A stretch of 61,405 nucleotides of DNA, taken from positions 1 through 61,405 of IMG/VR virus record IMGVR_UViG_3300042868_005269. One strand, written 5' to 3'. The stretch comes from a virus. Taxonomy: Duplodnaviria; Caudoviricetes. The notes under the pieces are model-generated. The model saw only the letters and a list, made by a program, of their open reading frames with translations, was not told where the DNA came from and made no database searches. Made by a program: the position numbers and the translations under genes. This document shows, piece by piece, positions 24,379 to 34,162 of this stretch; within the stretch, counting starts at the first letter, position 1; every line of letters begins with the position of its first letter.

Positions 24379-25076
24379 TGGCAACTTCAGGGCTCTCCAA
24401 TTTCAACCTCGATTTGACTGAAATCGTTGAGGAAGCGTTCGAGCGCGTGGGCGGGGAGATGCGTACGGGCTATGACCTGCGCACGGCCCGCCGTTCGATG
24501 AACTTGATGTTTGCCGATTGGGCCAACCGTGGCCTGAACATGTTCACCTACGAGCAGGGTTCGATCGTGCTGGTGCCGGGCACGGCTACCTACAACTTGC
24601 CAGAAGATACCGTAGACCTGCTGGAGCACGTCATTCGCACGGGCGCTGGCAGTGCTTCAACACAGGCAGACCTGACCATTACCCGGATCAGCGTCTCTAC
24701 TTACGCCACGATTCCCAACAAGCTGCAGCAAGCCCGGCCCATTCAAGTCTGGATTGAGCGTTTGAACACACCTCGTTTCACCGTTTGGCCCGTGCCAGAC
24801 AACACCCAGACCTACACGTTTGTGTACTGGCGCTTGCGCCGCATCCAGAATGCGGGTGATGGTGTCAACACGATGGACATGCCGTTCCGCTTCTTGCCCT
24901 GCATGGTTGCAGGCTTGGCCTATTACTTGGCCCTGAAGGTGCCCGGTGGCACAGAACGCCTTGGCGTTTTGAAGCAGCAGTACGACGAAGCTTGGGACCT
25001 CGCCTCCAGCGAAGACCGTGAGAAGGCTGCAGTACGCTTTGTACCGCGCCGTCAATACATTGGAAGCGGGACCTAA
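24378..25076 (+). CDS. Head-tail adaptor-like protein
   Basis: EEAFER...ARRS.NL...WANRG...VWPVPD...GLAYYLA. Confidence 0.65.
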   Translation: MATSGLSNFNLDLTEIVEEAFERVGGEMRTGYDLRTARRSMNLMFADWANRGLNMFTYEQGSIVLVPGTATYNLPEDTVDLLEHVIRTGAGSASTQADLTITRISVSTYATIPNKLQQARPIQVWIERLNTPRFTVWPVPDNTQTYTFVYWRLRRIQNAGDGVNTMDMPFRFLPCMVAGLAYYLALKVPGGTERLGVLKQQYDEAWDLASSEDREKAAVRFVPRRQYIGSGT

Positions 25077-25466
25077 ATGGGCAATCGGTTTGCCAGCGCC
25101 AAGAACTCGATCGCCCAGTGCGATCGTTGTGGTTTCCGTTTCAAGCTCACAGAGCTGCGCAAGGAAATCATCAAGACCAAGACCTACAATCTCTTGGTCT
25201 GCGATTCGTGCTGGGACCCCGATCAACCGCAGCTGCAACTGGGCATGTACCCTGTGGACGACCCACAAGCAGTGCGCAACCCCCGCAGAGACACAACGTA
25301 TGTGACGGCCGGGCCCAACGTGGCAGGCTTCCCAACAGGCGGCAGCCGGGACATTCAGTGGGGGTGGAACCCTGTTGGTGGCTCGAAGTTTTTTGACGAC
25401 GCATTGACCCCCAACTATTTGGTGTTGACTACCGCAGTCGGCCAAGTGACAATCTCAACATCTTAA
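25077..25466 (+). CDS. Zinc-finger structural-module protein
   Basis: CDRCG...VCDSCWDPDQPQL...DPQAVRNPR. Confidence 0.7.
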   Translation: MGNRFASAKNSIAQCDRCGFRFKLTELRKEIIKTKTYNLLVCDSCWDPDQPQLQLGMYPVDDPQAVRNPRRDTTYVTAGPNVAGFPTGGSRDIQWGWNPVGGSKFFDDALTPNYLVLTTAVGQVTISTS

Positions 25467-25476
25467 GGAGTTCATC

Positions 25477-25641
25477 ATGGACGCAAAGAAAGCAGTTCGC
25501 AAACACGAAGCCAACATGCACCCCGGCAAAAAGCCTACCAAGCTGCGTGCTGGCGGCAAAACCAACAGCGACATGCTGAAGATGGGGCGTGGTTTGGCCA
25601 AGGTTGCCAATCAAAAATCCCCCGGCCGTAAAGGAGCCTGA
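25477..25641 (+). CDS. 54-aa basic protein
   Basis: Manual: MDAKKAVRKHEANMHPGKKPTKLRAGG...; TAAGGAG RBS. Confidence 0.7.
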   Translation: MDAKKAVRKHEANMHPGKKPTKLRAGGKTNSDMLKMGRGLAKVANQKSPGRKGA

Positions 25642-25642
25642 T

Positions 25643-25846
25643 ATGGCTGCGTACAACCAACCAAAACCTGCAGCCACAAACGCCGTGTTGCCCAACACGG
25701 ACAACAAGAAGTACATGCGCGACATGAACGTCTCTGTGGGCACCAACCACAGCAACGACTATCCGGGCGTCAAGACCTCAGGTATCAAGATTCGCGGTAC
25801 TGGCTGCGCCACGAAAGGCGTCATGGCCCGTGGCCCAATGGCGTGA
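25643..25846 (+). CDS. Small basic protein
   Basis: AAGGAG RBS; GIKIRGTGCATKG C-terminus. Confidence 0.7.
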   Translation: MAAYNQPKPAATNAVLPNTDNKKYMRDMNVSVGTNHSNDYPGVKTSGIKIRGTGCATKGVMARGPMA

Positions 25847-25854
25847 GGTAAGGC

Positions 25855-26511
25855 ATGAACTACACCCAGTTGACCGCTGCTATCTGCGACTACACGCAGA
25901 ACTTTGAGCAGGAGTTTGTTGCAAACATCCCGGTGTTCGTGCAGCAGGCCGAGCAGCGCATCTATAACACGGTGCAGTTCCCCTCGCTTCGCAGCAACGT
26001 GACGGGTATAACTTCGGCCAGCAACAAGTACCTGTCCTGCCCCGGAGACTTCTTGGCTACGTACTCTATGGCGGTGATAGACGCCAGCGGCAACTACGAG
26101 TATTTGTTGAACAAGGACGTGAACTTTATTCGGCAAGCGTACCCCAACCCGACAAGCACGGGGATTCCCAAGTACTACGCCATCTTTGGTCCTGCCACGG
26201 CGGATTCCAAAGAGCTGACGTTCATTCTTGGCCCGACACCGGATGCGGCCTACTCGGTTGAGCTGCACTATTACTACTACCCAGAGTCGATCGTGACCGC
26301 CAGTACCACTTGGCTGGGCGACAACTTTGATACGGTGCTGCTGTACGGCACACTTGTTGAGGCGGTTACATTCATGAAGGGCGAGGCCGACATGGTTGCT
26401 TTGTACGACGGTAAGTACAAAGAAGCGCTTGCACTGGCCAAACGTCTGGGCGACGGGCTTGAGCGTCAGGACGCATACCGGTCCGGGCAGTTCCGACAGG
26501 CGGTGACTTGA
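25855..26511 (+). CDS. Second adaptor / tail tubular protein A-like
   Basis: MNYTQL..AI.DY...FV.QAE.RI...G.PKYY...PTPD..Y.VELHY...LLYG.L.EA. Confidence 0.7.
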   Translation: MNYTQLTAAICDYTQNFEQEFVANIPVFVQQAEQRIYNTVQFPSLRSNVTGITSASNKYLSCPGDFLATYSMAVIDASGNYEYLLNKDVNFIRQAYPNPTSTGIPKYYAIFGPATADSKELTFILGPTPDAAYSVELHYYYYPESIVTASTTWLGDNFDTVLLYGTLVEAVTFMKGEADMVALYDGKYKEALALAKRLGDGLERQDAYRSGQFRQAVT

Positions 26512-26512
26512 T

Positions 26513-26929
26513 ATGGCTTTTGACCAAACACTCACCACCAGCTTCAAGCAGGACATGCTGAATGGGGCTCAGAATCTGGCCACGGATACGTTAAAAATTG
26601 CGCTGTATACGGCCAATGCGTCGTTGGATGCCGCCACGACGGCGTACTCCACAACCAATGAAGTTGTGGGCACGGGCTACGTGGCAGGGGGCAACACCCT
26701 CACAGGCGTGACAATCCTTACCTCGGACACCACGGTGTACGTTGACTTCAACAACACCGCATGGGCCCCAGCCAGCTTTACAGCCCGGGGGGCACTCATT
26801 TACAATGCCAGCAAGAGCAACAAAGCGATTGCGGTGTTGGACTTTGGCGCGGATAAAACCGCAACCACAACTTTCACTGTGCAGATGCCCGCAAACACGG
26901 CAACTTCAGCACTTATTCGCATCGCGTAA
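26513..26929 (+). CDS. Virion structural protein (fibre-associated)
   Basis: KIALYT...EV.GTGY.AGG...ARGALIYN...VLDFG. Confidence 0.7.
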   Translation: MAFDQTLTTSFKQDMLNGAQNLATDTLKIALYTANASLDAATTAYSTTNEVVGTGYVAGGNTLTGVTILTSDTTVYVDFNNTAWAPASFTARGALIYNASKSNKAIAVLDFGADKTATTTFTVQMPANTATSALIRIA

Positions 26930-26939
26930 GGAGCAAACC

Positions 26940-27518
26940 ATGTCTCTCGAAAAAGTCAAAACTTCTGATGGCATGTCCAGTGGCTTGATCGCTGGCACCC
27001 GCTCTGGCGAAGACGCCTTGGCTCTTGGCTACTTCACCATTCAGTGCTTCGACAAAGACGGCAAGCTGAAATGGGAAGATTCCAACCACAACCTCGTGGT
27101 CAACCAAGGCTTGCAGTACATGTGCGGCACAGCCCTGACAAGCGTGACGCAGATTACCACTTGGTTTATCGGCCTGTACGGTGCTGGCGCTTCCAACACC
27201 CCAGCTGCTGGCGACACAATGGCTTCTCACGCTGGCTGGACTGAGGTTGTGCCTTACAGCAACGCCACACGCCCTGCCTGCACGTTTGCCACCGCAACCA
27301 CCGCCAACCCCTCGGTTGCCACCAACTCAGCTTCTGTGGCAGCGTTCAACATCAACGCCACGGCCACTGTGGGCGGCGCGTTCCTTGTGAGCAACAGCAC
27401 CAAGTCTGGCTCGACCGGTACTCTGTTCTCCGCAGCTGATTTCTCGGCTCCCGGCGACCGCGCAGTGGCCTCTGGCGACACCTTGAACGTGACCTACACG
27501 CTCAGCTTGGCCGGTTGA
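26940..27518 (+). CDS. Virion structural protein (fibre-associated)
   Basis: TAAGGAG RBS; NLVVNQG...IGL...V.SGDTL.VTY. Confidence 0.7.
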   Translation: MSLEKVKTSDGMSSGLIAGTRSGEDALALGYFTIQCFDKDGKLKWEDSNHNLVVNQGLQYMCGTALTSVTQITTWFIGLYGAGASNTPAAGDTMASHAGWTEVVPYSNATRPACTFATATTANPSVATNSASVAAFNINATATVGGAFLVSNSTKSGSTGTLFSAADFSAPGDRAVASGDTLNVTYTLSLAG

Positions 27519-27543
27519 TACCCAGTCCCCCTTGGGCTAAACT

Positions 27544-27573
27544 ACACCTGCCCTCGCGCAGGTGTTTTTCTTT
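27544..27573 (+). terminator. Rho-independent terminator
   Basis: acacctgc/gcaggtgt stem followed by ttttcttt. Confidence 0.7.
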
Positions 27574-27582
27574 GGAGTGACC

Positions 27583-27765
27583 ATGAAAATCGACTTTGAA
27601 TACGAAACCGAATACGGCAAGTTTGGTGATGCCTTGTGGTTTCCTGATGATGAGCCACTGCCCAGCGAGGCAGAAATTGAGGCCATGAAGCAACAGCGTC
27701 TGGACAATTGGCTTGCGATTGTCACGCCGCAGCCTGAGCCCGTTGAAGAAATCCCACAGGAGTAA
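27583..27765 (+). CDS. Small acidic protein (possible fibre chaperone)
   Basis: GGAG RBS; precedes the large fibre gene. Confidence 0.7.
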   Translation: MKIDFEYETEYGKFGDALWFPDDEPLPSEAEIEAMKQQRLDNWLAIVTPQPEPVEEIPQE

Positions 27766-27768
27766 CGC

Positions 27769-30700
27769 ATGGCAATTTCATTTGTTGCTGCTGGTGCTGT
27801 AGCCACGGGCACTAACCCGACCGTTGCTGTTCCAACCGGGTATGCTACGGACGATTTTTTAGTTCTTGCGGTAGCGGCAAATGCGGCTGTAACTACGCCA
27901 GCGGGGTGGACTTTAATTGGTTCTCAAATCACAACGCCCCGAATTTACTTGTATCGTAAATTTGCGACATCTTCAGAGTCAAGCGTAACTGTCACTGTTG
28001 CTTCAACTACAGCGGTGGGTGTCATGTTGGCTTACCGTGGGGTAAATACAACCGATACTATCTCAACAGGCAGAACGGCAACTTCCACAACAATTGCCAC
28101 AAACACATTAACTACAACATACGCCAACGAATATGTAGTTAGCGCGTATGCGATGACAATTGGTGCAGCAACATGGACTGCCCCAGCTTCAACAACCAGC
28201 CGTGTAGATTCAGCGAGTACTGCTGCTCTTGACGGTCTTCTTATTGTTGACGAACTACAGGCCGCAGCAGGCGTATCCACAGCCCGAACCGCAACAAGCT
28301 CAGTGTCTAAAGCACTGGGTGCTATTTCTTTTTCCATCTACACAAGTGATCGCTATTGGGTAGGCGGTTCTGGTACATGGAACACAACTTCCACAACCAA
28401 CTGGTCTTTCTCATCGGGCGGCGCAAGTGGCGCGCCCCGTCCAACAGCGCGGGACAATGTAGTGTTTGACCAAGCAGGCACTTACACCGTCACCCGTACC
28501 GGCGCTTTGACTTGTTTGGACTTCACAGTATCAGCAGGTACGGTAACATTTAGCAGCACAGGAACACTTGCTATTAGTGGGTCTTTGACATTACTGGCTG
28601 GAACTGTATGGAGCGCCACAGGAGCCAACACGTTCAACTCTACGTCTACAGGTAGAACGATTACCACTAACGGTGTGACAATAACCGGAGCCATTACATT
28701 TAACGGCGTTGGTGGTGGCTGGACATTAGGTAGTGCATTAACCACATCAGGCGCGTTTAGTCTTACAAACGGGACTTTTGATACTTCTGTTAGTAATTAC
28801 GCAGTCACAGCAGTGGGTACGCATAATACTGCTACTGGCGCAACATTAAATCTTAATGGCTCAACATACACGCAGTCCGCAGCGGCTTCTTATTGGACGG
28901 TTGACTCCGGTGCAATCATAAACGCTGGGACATCAACTATAAGCTTCCCAAACGGTTGCATTTTATTTCGAGGGGGAGGTAAAACTTATAATAATATAAC
29001 AGTAACTGGATATATAAACATTACTGATGGCTCCAATACAATCGGGGATTTGACTTATACATTCAGCGGTGGTGGTGTTATTGCCATTGGTGGGAATACC
29101 ACCATTACAACATTAGTCGCATCGGGTACAAGCTTAACATCAAGAATTCAGATACAAGGAAATATCTTCTATTTTGCCGGTGGCTTTGGTTATAGGTCAA
29201 GCACACCTCGCACATTAACTGTTGGCACATGGGTCACAAAACAGTATATTGATTTTCGTGACATTACAGCGGCTGGAGCATCTGCTCCGTGGTCAGGAAC
29301 AAGTTTTGGTGACTGTGGCGGCAACAGTAACATAACATTTCCTGCGCCCAAAACAGTGTATTGGAACCTTGCTGGAGCCAATAACTCAAGTGCAAATGGA
29401 TGGGCGGCAACCAGCGGTGGGTCGCCTGCAACTTCCAATTATCCTTTGGCGCAAGACACGGCAGTTATTGATAACAGTAGTGCTGGAAGCTCAATAGATA
29501 TGGTCGGTAATATAGGAAGTATTTCAACTTCATCAAGAACAAGCGCCATTACGTTAATACTTCGCAGTACCCTGTATGGTAATTTAACCACTGGGTCTGG
29601 TATTACATATTCCTACGTTGGCGGCGTTGGTTTTATCATTGCGGGTAATTCACCACAAACAATTTCATTAAATGGAAAAAATATAGAGGCCCCTCTTACT
29701 TTGGTTTCAACAAGCACGGTAACGCTTCAAGACGCTTTTACATCAAATTACGGAATAACAGTTGTACAAGGTACTTTTGATGCCAACAACTTTTCGGTTA
29801 CGGCAACTGTTTTGAATACTTCGATTCCGTTGACAAGAACGGTTGCTTTCGGTTCTGGCACATGGACGCTATCATCTAATGGAGTCGTAGTTAACGCAAA
29901 TGGGAGTTTATTGACCGTTACTGGTAGCGGTACAATCAGCCTAACAAGTGCATCTGCCAAAAGCTTTCTTGGCAACGGATTGACCTATTACAACATCAAC
30001 CAAGGCGGCGCAGGTGCTTTGACCATTATTGGATCAAACACTTTTAACGACATCACCAACACCTACAACGCTACTGGCGCAACCTCTATTCTTTTTCAGG
30101 CTGGCACAACAAGCACGTTTACCAATTGGAATGCAAGCGGCGCGTCTGGGCGACTCTTGACAATAGGCTCCTCAACAGCGGCATCCCACACGCTGTCCAA
30201 AGCATCTGGCACGGTAAATGCTGATTTCTTGTCGATTAGTCGTTCAAATGCTACTGGCGGCGCTACTTGGAACGCAGCCAACTCAACAGACGGCGGCAAC
30301 AACACGGGTTGGCTTTTTGGCGTCACTTATGCCAGCGCCTTCTCCGACACAGCAACAGGGTCGGACACGTTCTCCGCAGCCTTTGCGTTCTTAGGCAGCA
30401 TTGCTGAGACAGCCACCGCAACGGACGCAATCGACACAATCGCCACGCTGAACTCAGCAACGGACGAAACAGCGACCGGAACTGACGAAATCACGCCTAC
30501 GTACCTTGCGTACCCTGCTGTGAACGAGACTGCAAACGCTACGGATAGTGTGTTTGGCAACTTCGCATACATGGTTTTCACCGCCGAAACTGCGGCGGCC
30601 ACAGATGAAATGGCGGGGGGCAATGGGTTATTTGCGCAGTTGTCCGAGGCGGTAACCGCCAGCGACAGCAATGTCGCACTTATGGTGCTGGCATGCCAAA

Positions 30701-31110
30701 TCGGGGAGACCGCCACGGCCACGGACGCCGTGCGGCGCGTCACGATCTTTGTTGGGGCAATCGCGGAACTGGCCACGGGAACGGATGCGGTGCGTGCGCT
30801 TGTCCGCTTTACGGCTCGAATCCTTGAGACCACAACCGCCACGGATGTGACGTTGGTAGCTCCTTCGGTGTACCGCGCACGGGTTGCTGAAGCCGCAACC
30901 GCGCTGGAGGCGCTGTTCCCCTCAGGCGTTTTCAACGTCCAGTTTGTAGACTCTGCCACAGCCCTTGACGCAGTGGTTGGTGCGTACCTGTGGAACCCCA
31001 TTGATGACAACCAGACTGCAAACTGGCAAAATGTCAACAACAGCCAATCCCCAACGTGGACTGATGTAAACAACAGTCAAACTCCGGGGTGGACCCCCGT
31101 TATTCCGTAA
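27769..31110 (+). CDS. Large fibre/spike protein with beta-solenoid core and C-terminal 20-aa repeats
   Basis: Thr/Gly/Ser-rich; RYWVGGSGTW module; eleven ETATxTD repeats. Confidence 0.75.
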   Translation: MAISFVAAGAVATGTNPTVAVPTGYATDDFLVLAVAANAAVTTPAGWTLIGSQITTPRIYLYRKFATSSESSVTVTVASTTAVGVMLAYRGVNTTDTISTGRTATSTTIATNTLTTTYANEYVVSAYAMTIGAATWTAPASTTSRVDSASTAALDGLLIVDELQAAAGVSTARTATSSVSKALGAISFSIYTSDRYWVGGSGTWNTTSTTNWSFSSGGASGAPRPTARDNVVFDQAGTYTVTRTGALTCLDFTVSAGTVTFSSTGTLAISGSLTLLAGTVWSATGANTFNSTSTGRTITTNGVTITGAITFNGVGGGWTLGSALTTSGAFSLTNGTFDTSVSNYAVTAVGTHNTATGATLNLNGSTYTQSAAASYWTVDSGAIINAGTSTISFPNGCILFRGGGKTYNNITVTGYINITDGSNTIGDLTYTFSGGGVIAIGGNTTITTLVASGTSLTSRIQIQGNIFYFAGGFGYRSSTPRTLTVGTWVTKQYIDFRDITAAGASAPWSGTSFGDCGGNSNITFPAPKTVYWNLAGANNSSANGWAATSGGSPATSNYPLAQDTAVIDNSSAGSSIDMVGNIGSISTSSRTSAITLILRSTLYGNLTTGSGITYSYVGGVGFIIAGNSPQTISLNGKNIEAPLTLVSTSTVTLQDAFTSNYGITVVQGTFDANNFSVTATVLNTSIPLTRTVAFGSGTWTLSSNGVVVNANGSLLTVTGSGTISLTSASAKSFLGNGLTYYNINQGGAGALTIIGSNTFNDITNTYNATGATSILFQAGTTSTFTNWNASGASGRLLTIGSSTAASHTLSKASGTVNADFLSISRSNATGGATWNAANSTDGGNNTGWLFGVTYASAFSDTATGSDTFSAAFAFLGSIAETATATDAIDTIATLNSATDETATGTDEITPTYLAYPAVNETANATDSVFGNFAYMVFTAETAAATDEMAGGNGLFAQLSEAVTASDSNVALMVLACQIGETATATDAVRRVTIFVGAIAELATGTDAVRALVRFTARILETTTATDVTLVAPSVYRARVAEAATALEALFPSGVFNVQFVDSATALDAVVGAYLWNPIDDNQTANWQNVNNSQSPTWTDVNNSQTPGWTPVIP

Positions 31111-31118
31111 GGACTTCT

Positions 31119-33098
31119 ATGAGCACGTATTCACCCAGTCTTCGGATTGAACTCATCACCACCGGCGATCAGGCCGGTGTATGGGGCACCACGACCAACA
31201 CGAACCTTGGCACACTGGTTGAGTCAGCGATTGCCGGGTACACCTCGGTATCAGTCACTTCGGCCAACCAAGCCCTGACCGCTTTGGATGGCGTTGCTGA
31301 CCAGTCCCGCAACATGACGCTTGCGCTGACTACTACCACGGCGGCCGTTTTCAACGTCTACGCACCCCCAGCGGAAAAGACGTACGTCATCAAAAACTCC
31401 AGCGCTTACGCGGCCACCATCTATAACTCCACGGTTATCGGCAACACCACGGCGGCGGGCACTGGGGTGAGCATTCCGGCGGGGAAAACCGTGACGGTCT
31501 GGTCTGATGGCACTAACTTTGCGTTTCAAAACGATCACCTCTCCAGCTTGACGCTTGCCTCCCCACTGGCTGAAGCTTCTGGCGGTACAGGTCTTACGGC
31601 TCTGGGCACCGGCGTGGCCACATTCTTGGGGACACCGTCGTCGGCTAACTTGGCTGCAGCCGTAACCGACGAAACAGGCTCTGGCGCTTTGGTGTTTGCC
31701 ACCAGCCCAACACTTGTCACCCCTGCACTGGGTACCCCATCTAGCGCGACATTGACAAACGCAACGGGTTTGCCCATAGCCACCGGTGTGTCTGGTCTTG
31801 GTGCTGGCGTTGCCACATTCTTGGCAACTCCAAGTTCTGCAAACCTTGCTGCAGCCGTAACCGACGAAACAGGCTCTGGCGCTTTGGTGTTTGCCACCAG
31901 CCCAACACTTGTCACCCCTGCATTGGGCACACCCGCAAGTGGCGTGATGACCAACGTAACGGGCTTGCCTCTGACTACGGGCGTAACAGGCACTTTGCCT
32001 GTTGCCAACGGCGGAACGGGCCTTGCCACAACCCCTACAAACGGGCAGCTAAATATTGGTAACGGTACCGGGTTTACCCGCGCTACGCTGACCGCTGGTT
32101 CTGGCGTGACCATCACCAATTCGGCTGGCGGAATTTCTATCGCTGCAACGGGTTCAGGCGGCACGATCACATCTGTTACGGGAACATCCCCTGTTGCGTC
32201 TTCTGGCGGCACAACCCCTGCCATCAGCTTGAACGCGGCCTACGGCGACACACTGAACCCATACGCCAGCAAGACAGCAAACAACTTCTTGGCTGCGCCC
32301 AACGGGGCGGCGGGTGTGCCCACTTTCCGGGCAATGGTTGCGGCGGACGTCCCCACTTTGAACCAGAACACAACGGGGACAGCCGCAAACGTGACCGGCA
32401 TTGTGGCAGTTGCCAACGGCGGAACAGGTGTTACCACTTCGACGGGGACAGGCAGCACCGTGCGGTCGGCTTCGCCTACGTTGACATCGCCCACATTGGT
32501 GACGCCAGTTTTGGGGACGCCCTCAAGCGGCGTAATGACCAACGTGACGGGCCTGCCGCTGTCCACTGGTGTGACGGGTACTCTGCCTGTGGCAAATGGT
32601 GGCACGGGGGTTACAACCTCAACTGGCACGGGCAGTGTTGTGTTGTCCGACAGCCCTACCTTGGTCTCGCCTGCTTTGGGCACGCCCTCGGCCTTGGTAG
32701 GCACGAACATCACAGGCACGGCGGCGGGCTTGAGTATTGGCGGCAATGCAGCAACTGCCACAGACGCAACAAACGCAACCAACGCAACTAACGCAAGCAC
32801 GGTTACAACCATCACCACTGCGCAGGTGTTAAACGCCACAGCAGGCGCTTCTCTTGGCGCTGTGGGGACTTATGCTCTTTTGTCTCGCCCCGGGTATTCT
32901 GCAACGGTAATCAATCCCGGAGATACTATTGCAGGATCAAATTTGAGATATGCAGGTGGTTTGGCAAGTGGCGCTAATCTAGCTAGCATATCAGCAACAG
33001 CTCCTTCGGGCACATGGAGGGCTATGGGGTACGCAAACAATATCTTTGCCTGTTGTAACGCAGCGGAATTTGCAACTCTATTTCTCCGCATTTCTTAA
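31119..33098 (+). CDS. Tail fibre protein
   Basis: N-terminal G.Q.G.WGTTTNTN anchor; LPVANGGTG and SPTLVTPALGTP repeats; C-terminal GTWRAMG...LFLRIS. Confidence 0.85.
   Translation: MSTYSPSLRIELITTGDQAGVWGTTTNTNLGTLVESAIAGYTSVSVTSANQALTALDGVADQSRNMTLALTTTTAAVFNVYAPPAEKTYVIKNSSAYAATIYNSTVIGNTTAAGTGVSIPAGKTVTVWSDGTNFAFQNDHLSSLTLASPLAEASGGTGLTALGTGVATFLGTPSSANLAAAVTDETGSGALVFATSPTLVTPALGTPSSATLTNATGLPIATGVSGLGAGVATFLATPSSANLAAAVTDETGSGALVFATSPTLVTPALGTPASGVMTNVTGLPLTTGVTGTLPVANGGTGLATTPTNGQLNIGNGTGFTRATLTAGSGVTITNSAGGISIAATGSGGTITSVTGTSPVASSGGTTPAISLNAAYGDTLNPYASKTANNFLAAPNGAAGVPTFRAMVAADVPTLNQNTTGTAANVTGIVAVANGGTGVTTSTGTGSTVRSASPTLTSPTLVTPVLGTPSSGVMTNVTGLPLSTGVTGTLPVANGGTGVTTSTGTGSVVLSDSPTLVSPALGTPSALVGTNITGTAAGLSIGGNAATATDATNATNATNASTVTTITTAQVLNATAGASLGAVGTYALLSRPGYSATVINPGDTIAGSNLRYAGGLASGANLASISATAPSGTWRAMGYANNIFACCNAAEFATLFLRIS
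31653..31922 (+). repeat. 75-bp exact direct repeat in tail fibre (31653-31727 / 31848-31922)
   Basis: Identical DNA 195 bp apart, encoding AAAVTDETGSGALVFATSPTLVTPA. Confidence 0.9.
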
Positions 33099-33110
33099 AA
33101 GGGCCACAAC

Positions 33111-33362
33111 ATGCAAGCCACGCTTACATTACTATCAAACCCACGTTGGGCAAACGCAGAGCAAACAATGATCGACTGCGAAATTGCAACCAGTCAGTTT
33201 GGCGATGAGGTACTACCATTCACAGCAAGCTCAACCGACTGTGAGGCGCACGGACGTGCGATCTTTTCTGACATTGTTGCTGGCAAACATGGTCCGATTG
33301 CTGAATACATCGCGCCACCAGAGCCAGTGCAGCCAACAGTTGATGGGGCACAGACGCTGTGA
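33111..33362 (+). CDS. Tail fibre assembly chaperone-like protein
   Basis: NPRW.N...IDCEI...LPFTA..D.E.HGR.IF...G.IAEY; follows the fibre gene. Confidence 0.75.
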   Translation: MQATLTLLSNPRWANAEQTMIDCEIATSQFGDEVLPFTASSTDCEAHGRAIFSDIVAGKHGPIAEYIAPPEPVQPTVDGAQTL

Positions 33363-33637
33363 ACGCAATAACCCCTCGTTTTACCGTCACACAAGATGGC
33401 ACAACGCTGAATGTTTACCATGCAGCGGTGGGCGAGGGTTTGCCAAAGCACGAACACATCTATTCGCATTTGACCATGTGTCACTCGGGCAGTTGCATTG
33501 TTCGCAATGAGCGCCGAAGCTTAGTCATGACCAAAGACACGCAACCAGTTAATCTTGTGGCAAACGAGTGGCATGAGATTGAGGCGTTGGAAGACGGCAC
33601 AGTGTTTGTTAACGTGTTTGCCGAAGGTAAAGCATGA
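33359..33637 (+). CDS. Cupin-fold protein
   Basis: GLPKHEH.YSH...WHEIEALEDGT. Confidence 0.75.
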   Translation: MNAITPRFTVTQDGTTLNVYHAAVGEGLPKHEHIYSHLTMCHSGSCIVRNERRSLVMTKDTQPVNLVANEWHEIEALEDGTVFVNVFAEGKA

Positions 33638-33708
33638 TCACGCACCACTTCAGCGATGGGCGCATTATTTGGTGCGTACGTATTTTTGTTGGAGTAATTT
33701 ATGGTTGA
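33634..33708 (+). pseudogene. 24-codon probable deletion remnant
   Basis: MITHHFSDGRIIWCVRIFVGVIYG, overlapping both neighbours. Confidence 0.4.
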
Positions 33709-34162
33709 TCTTACTAAAGCCATCGGGGCTGTTGCCGCCAGTGTTGCCGCGATGGGCGGCAGTTACACCCTTGCCGACAAGTTTGGTTGGTTTGACAGGG
33801 CGATCATTGAGTGGTCACCTGAGAACTTTAAGATCGTGGCGCAGGCCGGTGAGCCAATTAACGTCACCGTTGCCCGGATCAAAAAACGCGATGACTGCTC
33901 CGTAGAGAGTTTTACGCCAAGCATTCGTGATGCAGCAGGCATGGTGCATGAGGCGACCACCACAGCCAGCAAGTTTAGCGGCCCCGCAGGACCAGAGATA
34001 GACACCTTCACGTACCAACTCACCATGGCGCAAAAAGAAAAAATTGCGGCTGGCAAGGCCACATTGCTGGCAACGATCAAATACAAATGCCCAGAGGGTG
34101 AGCGCGTTGTGCAGTACCCGCGTCACCCCAACCTAAGTTTTGACCTGAATGGGAAAAAATAA
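33701..34162 (+). CDS. Membrane-anchored protein of the lysis region
   Basis: N-terminal hydrophobic helix, two Cys in a beta domain. Confidence 0.65.
   Translation: MVDLTKAIGAVAASVAAMGGSYTLADKFGWFDRAIIEWSPENFKIVAQAGEPINVTVARIKKRDDCSVESFTPSIRDAAGMVHEATTTASKFSGPAGPEIDTFTYQLTMAQKEKIAAGKATLLATIKYKCPEGERVVQYPRHPNLSFDLNGKK

Noticed and set aside
31600-33098. Diversity-generating retroelement acting on the tail fibre
   Set aside because: No reverse transcriptase; repeats are in-frame shaft units without adenine-specific mismatches
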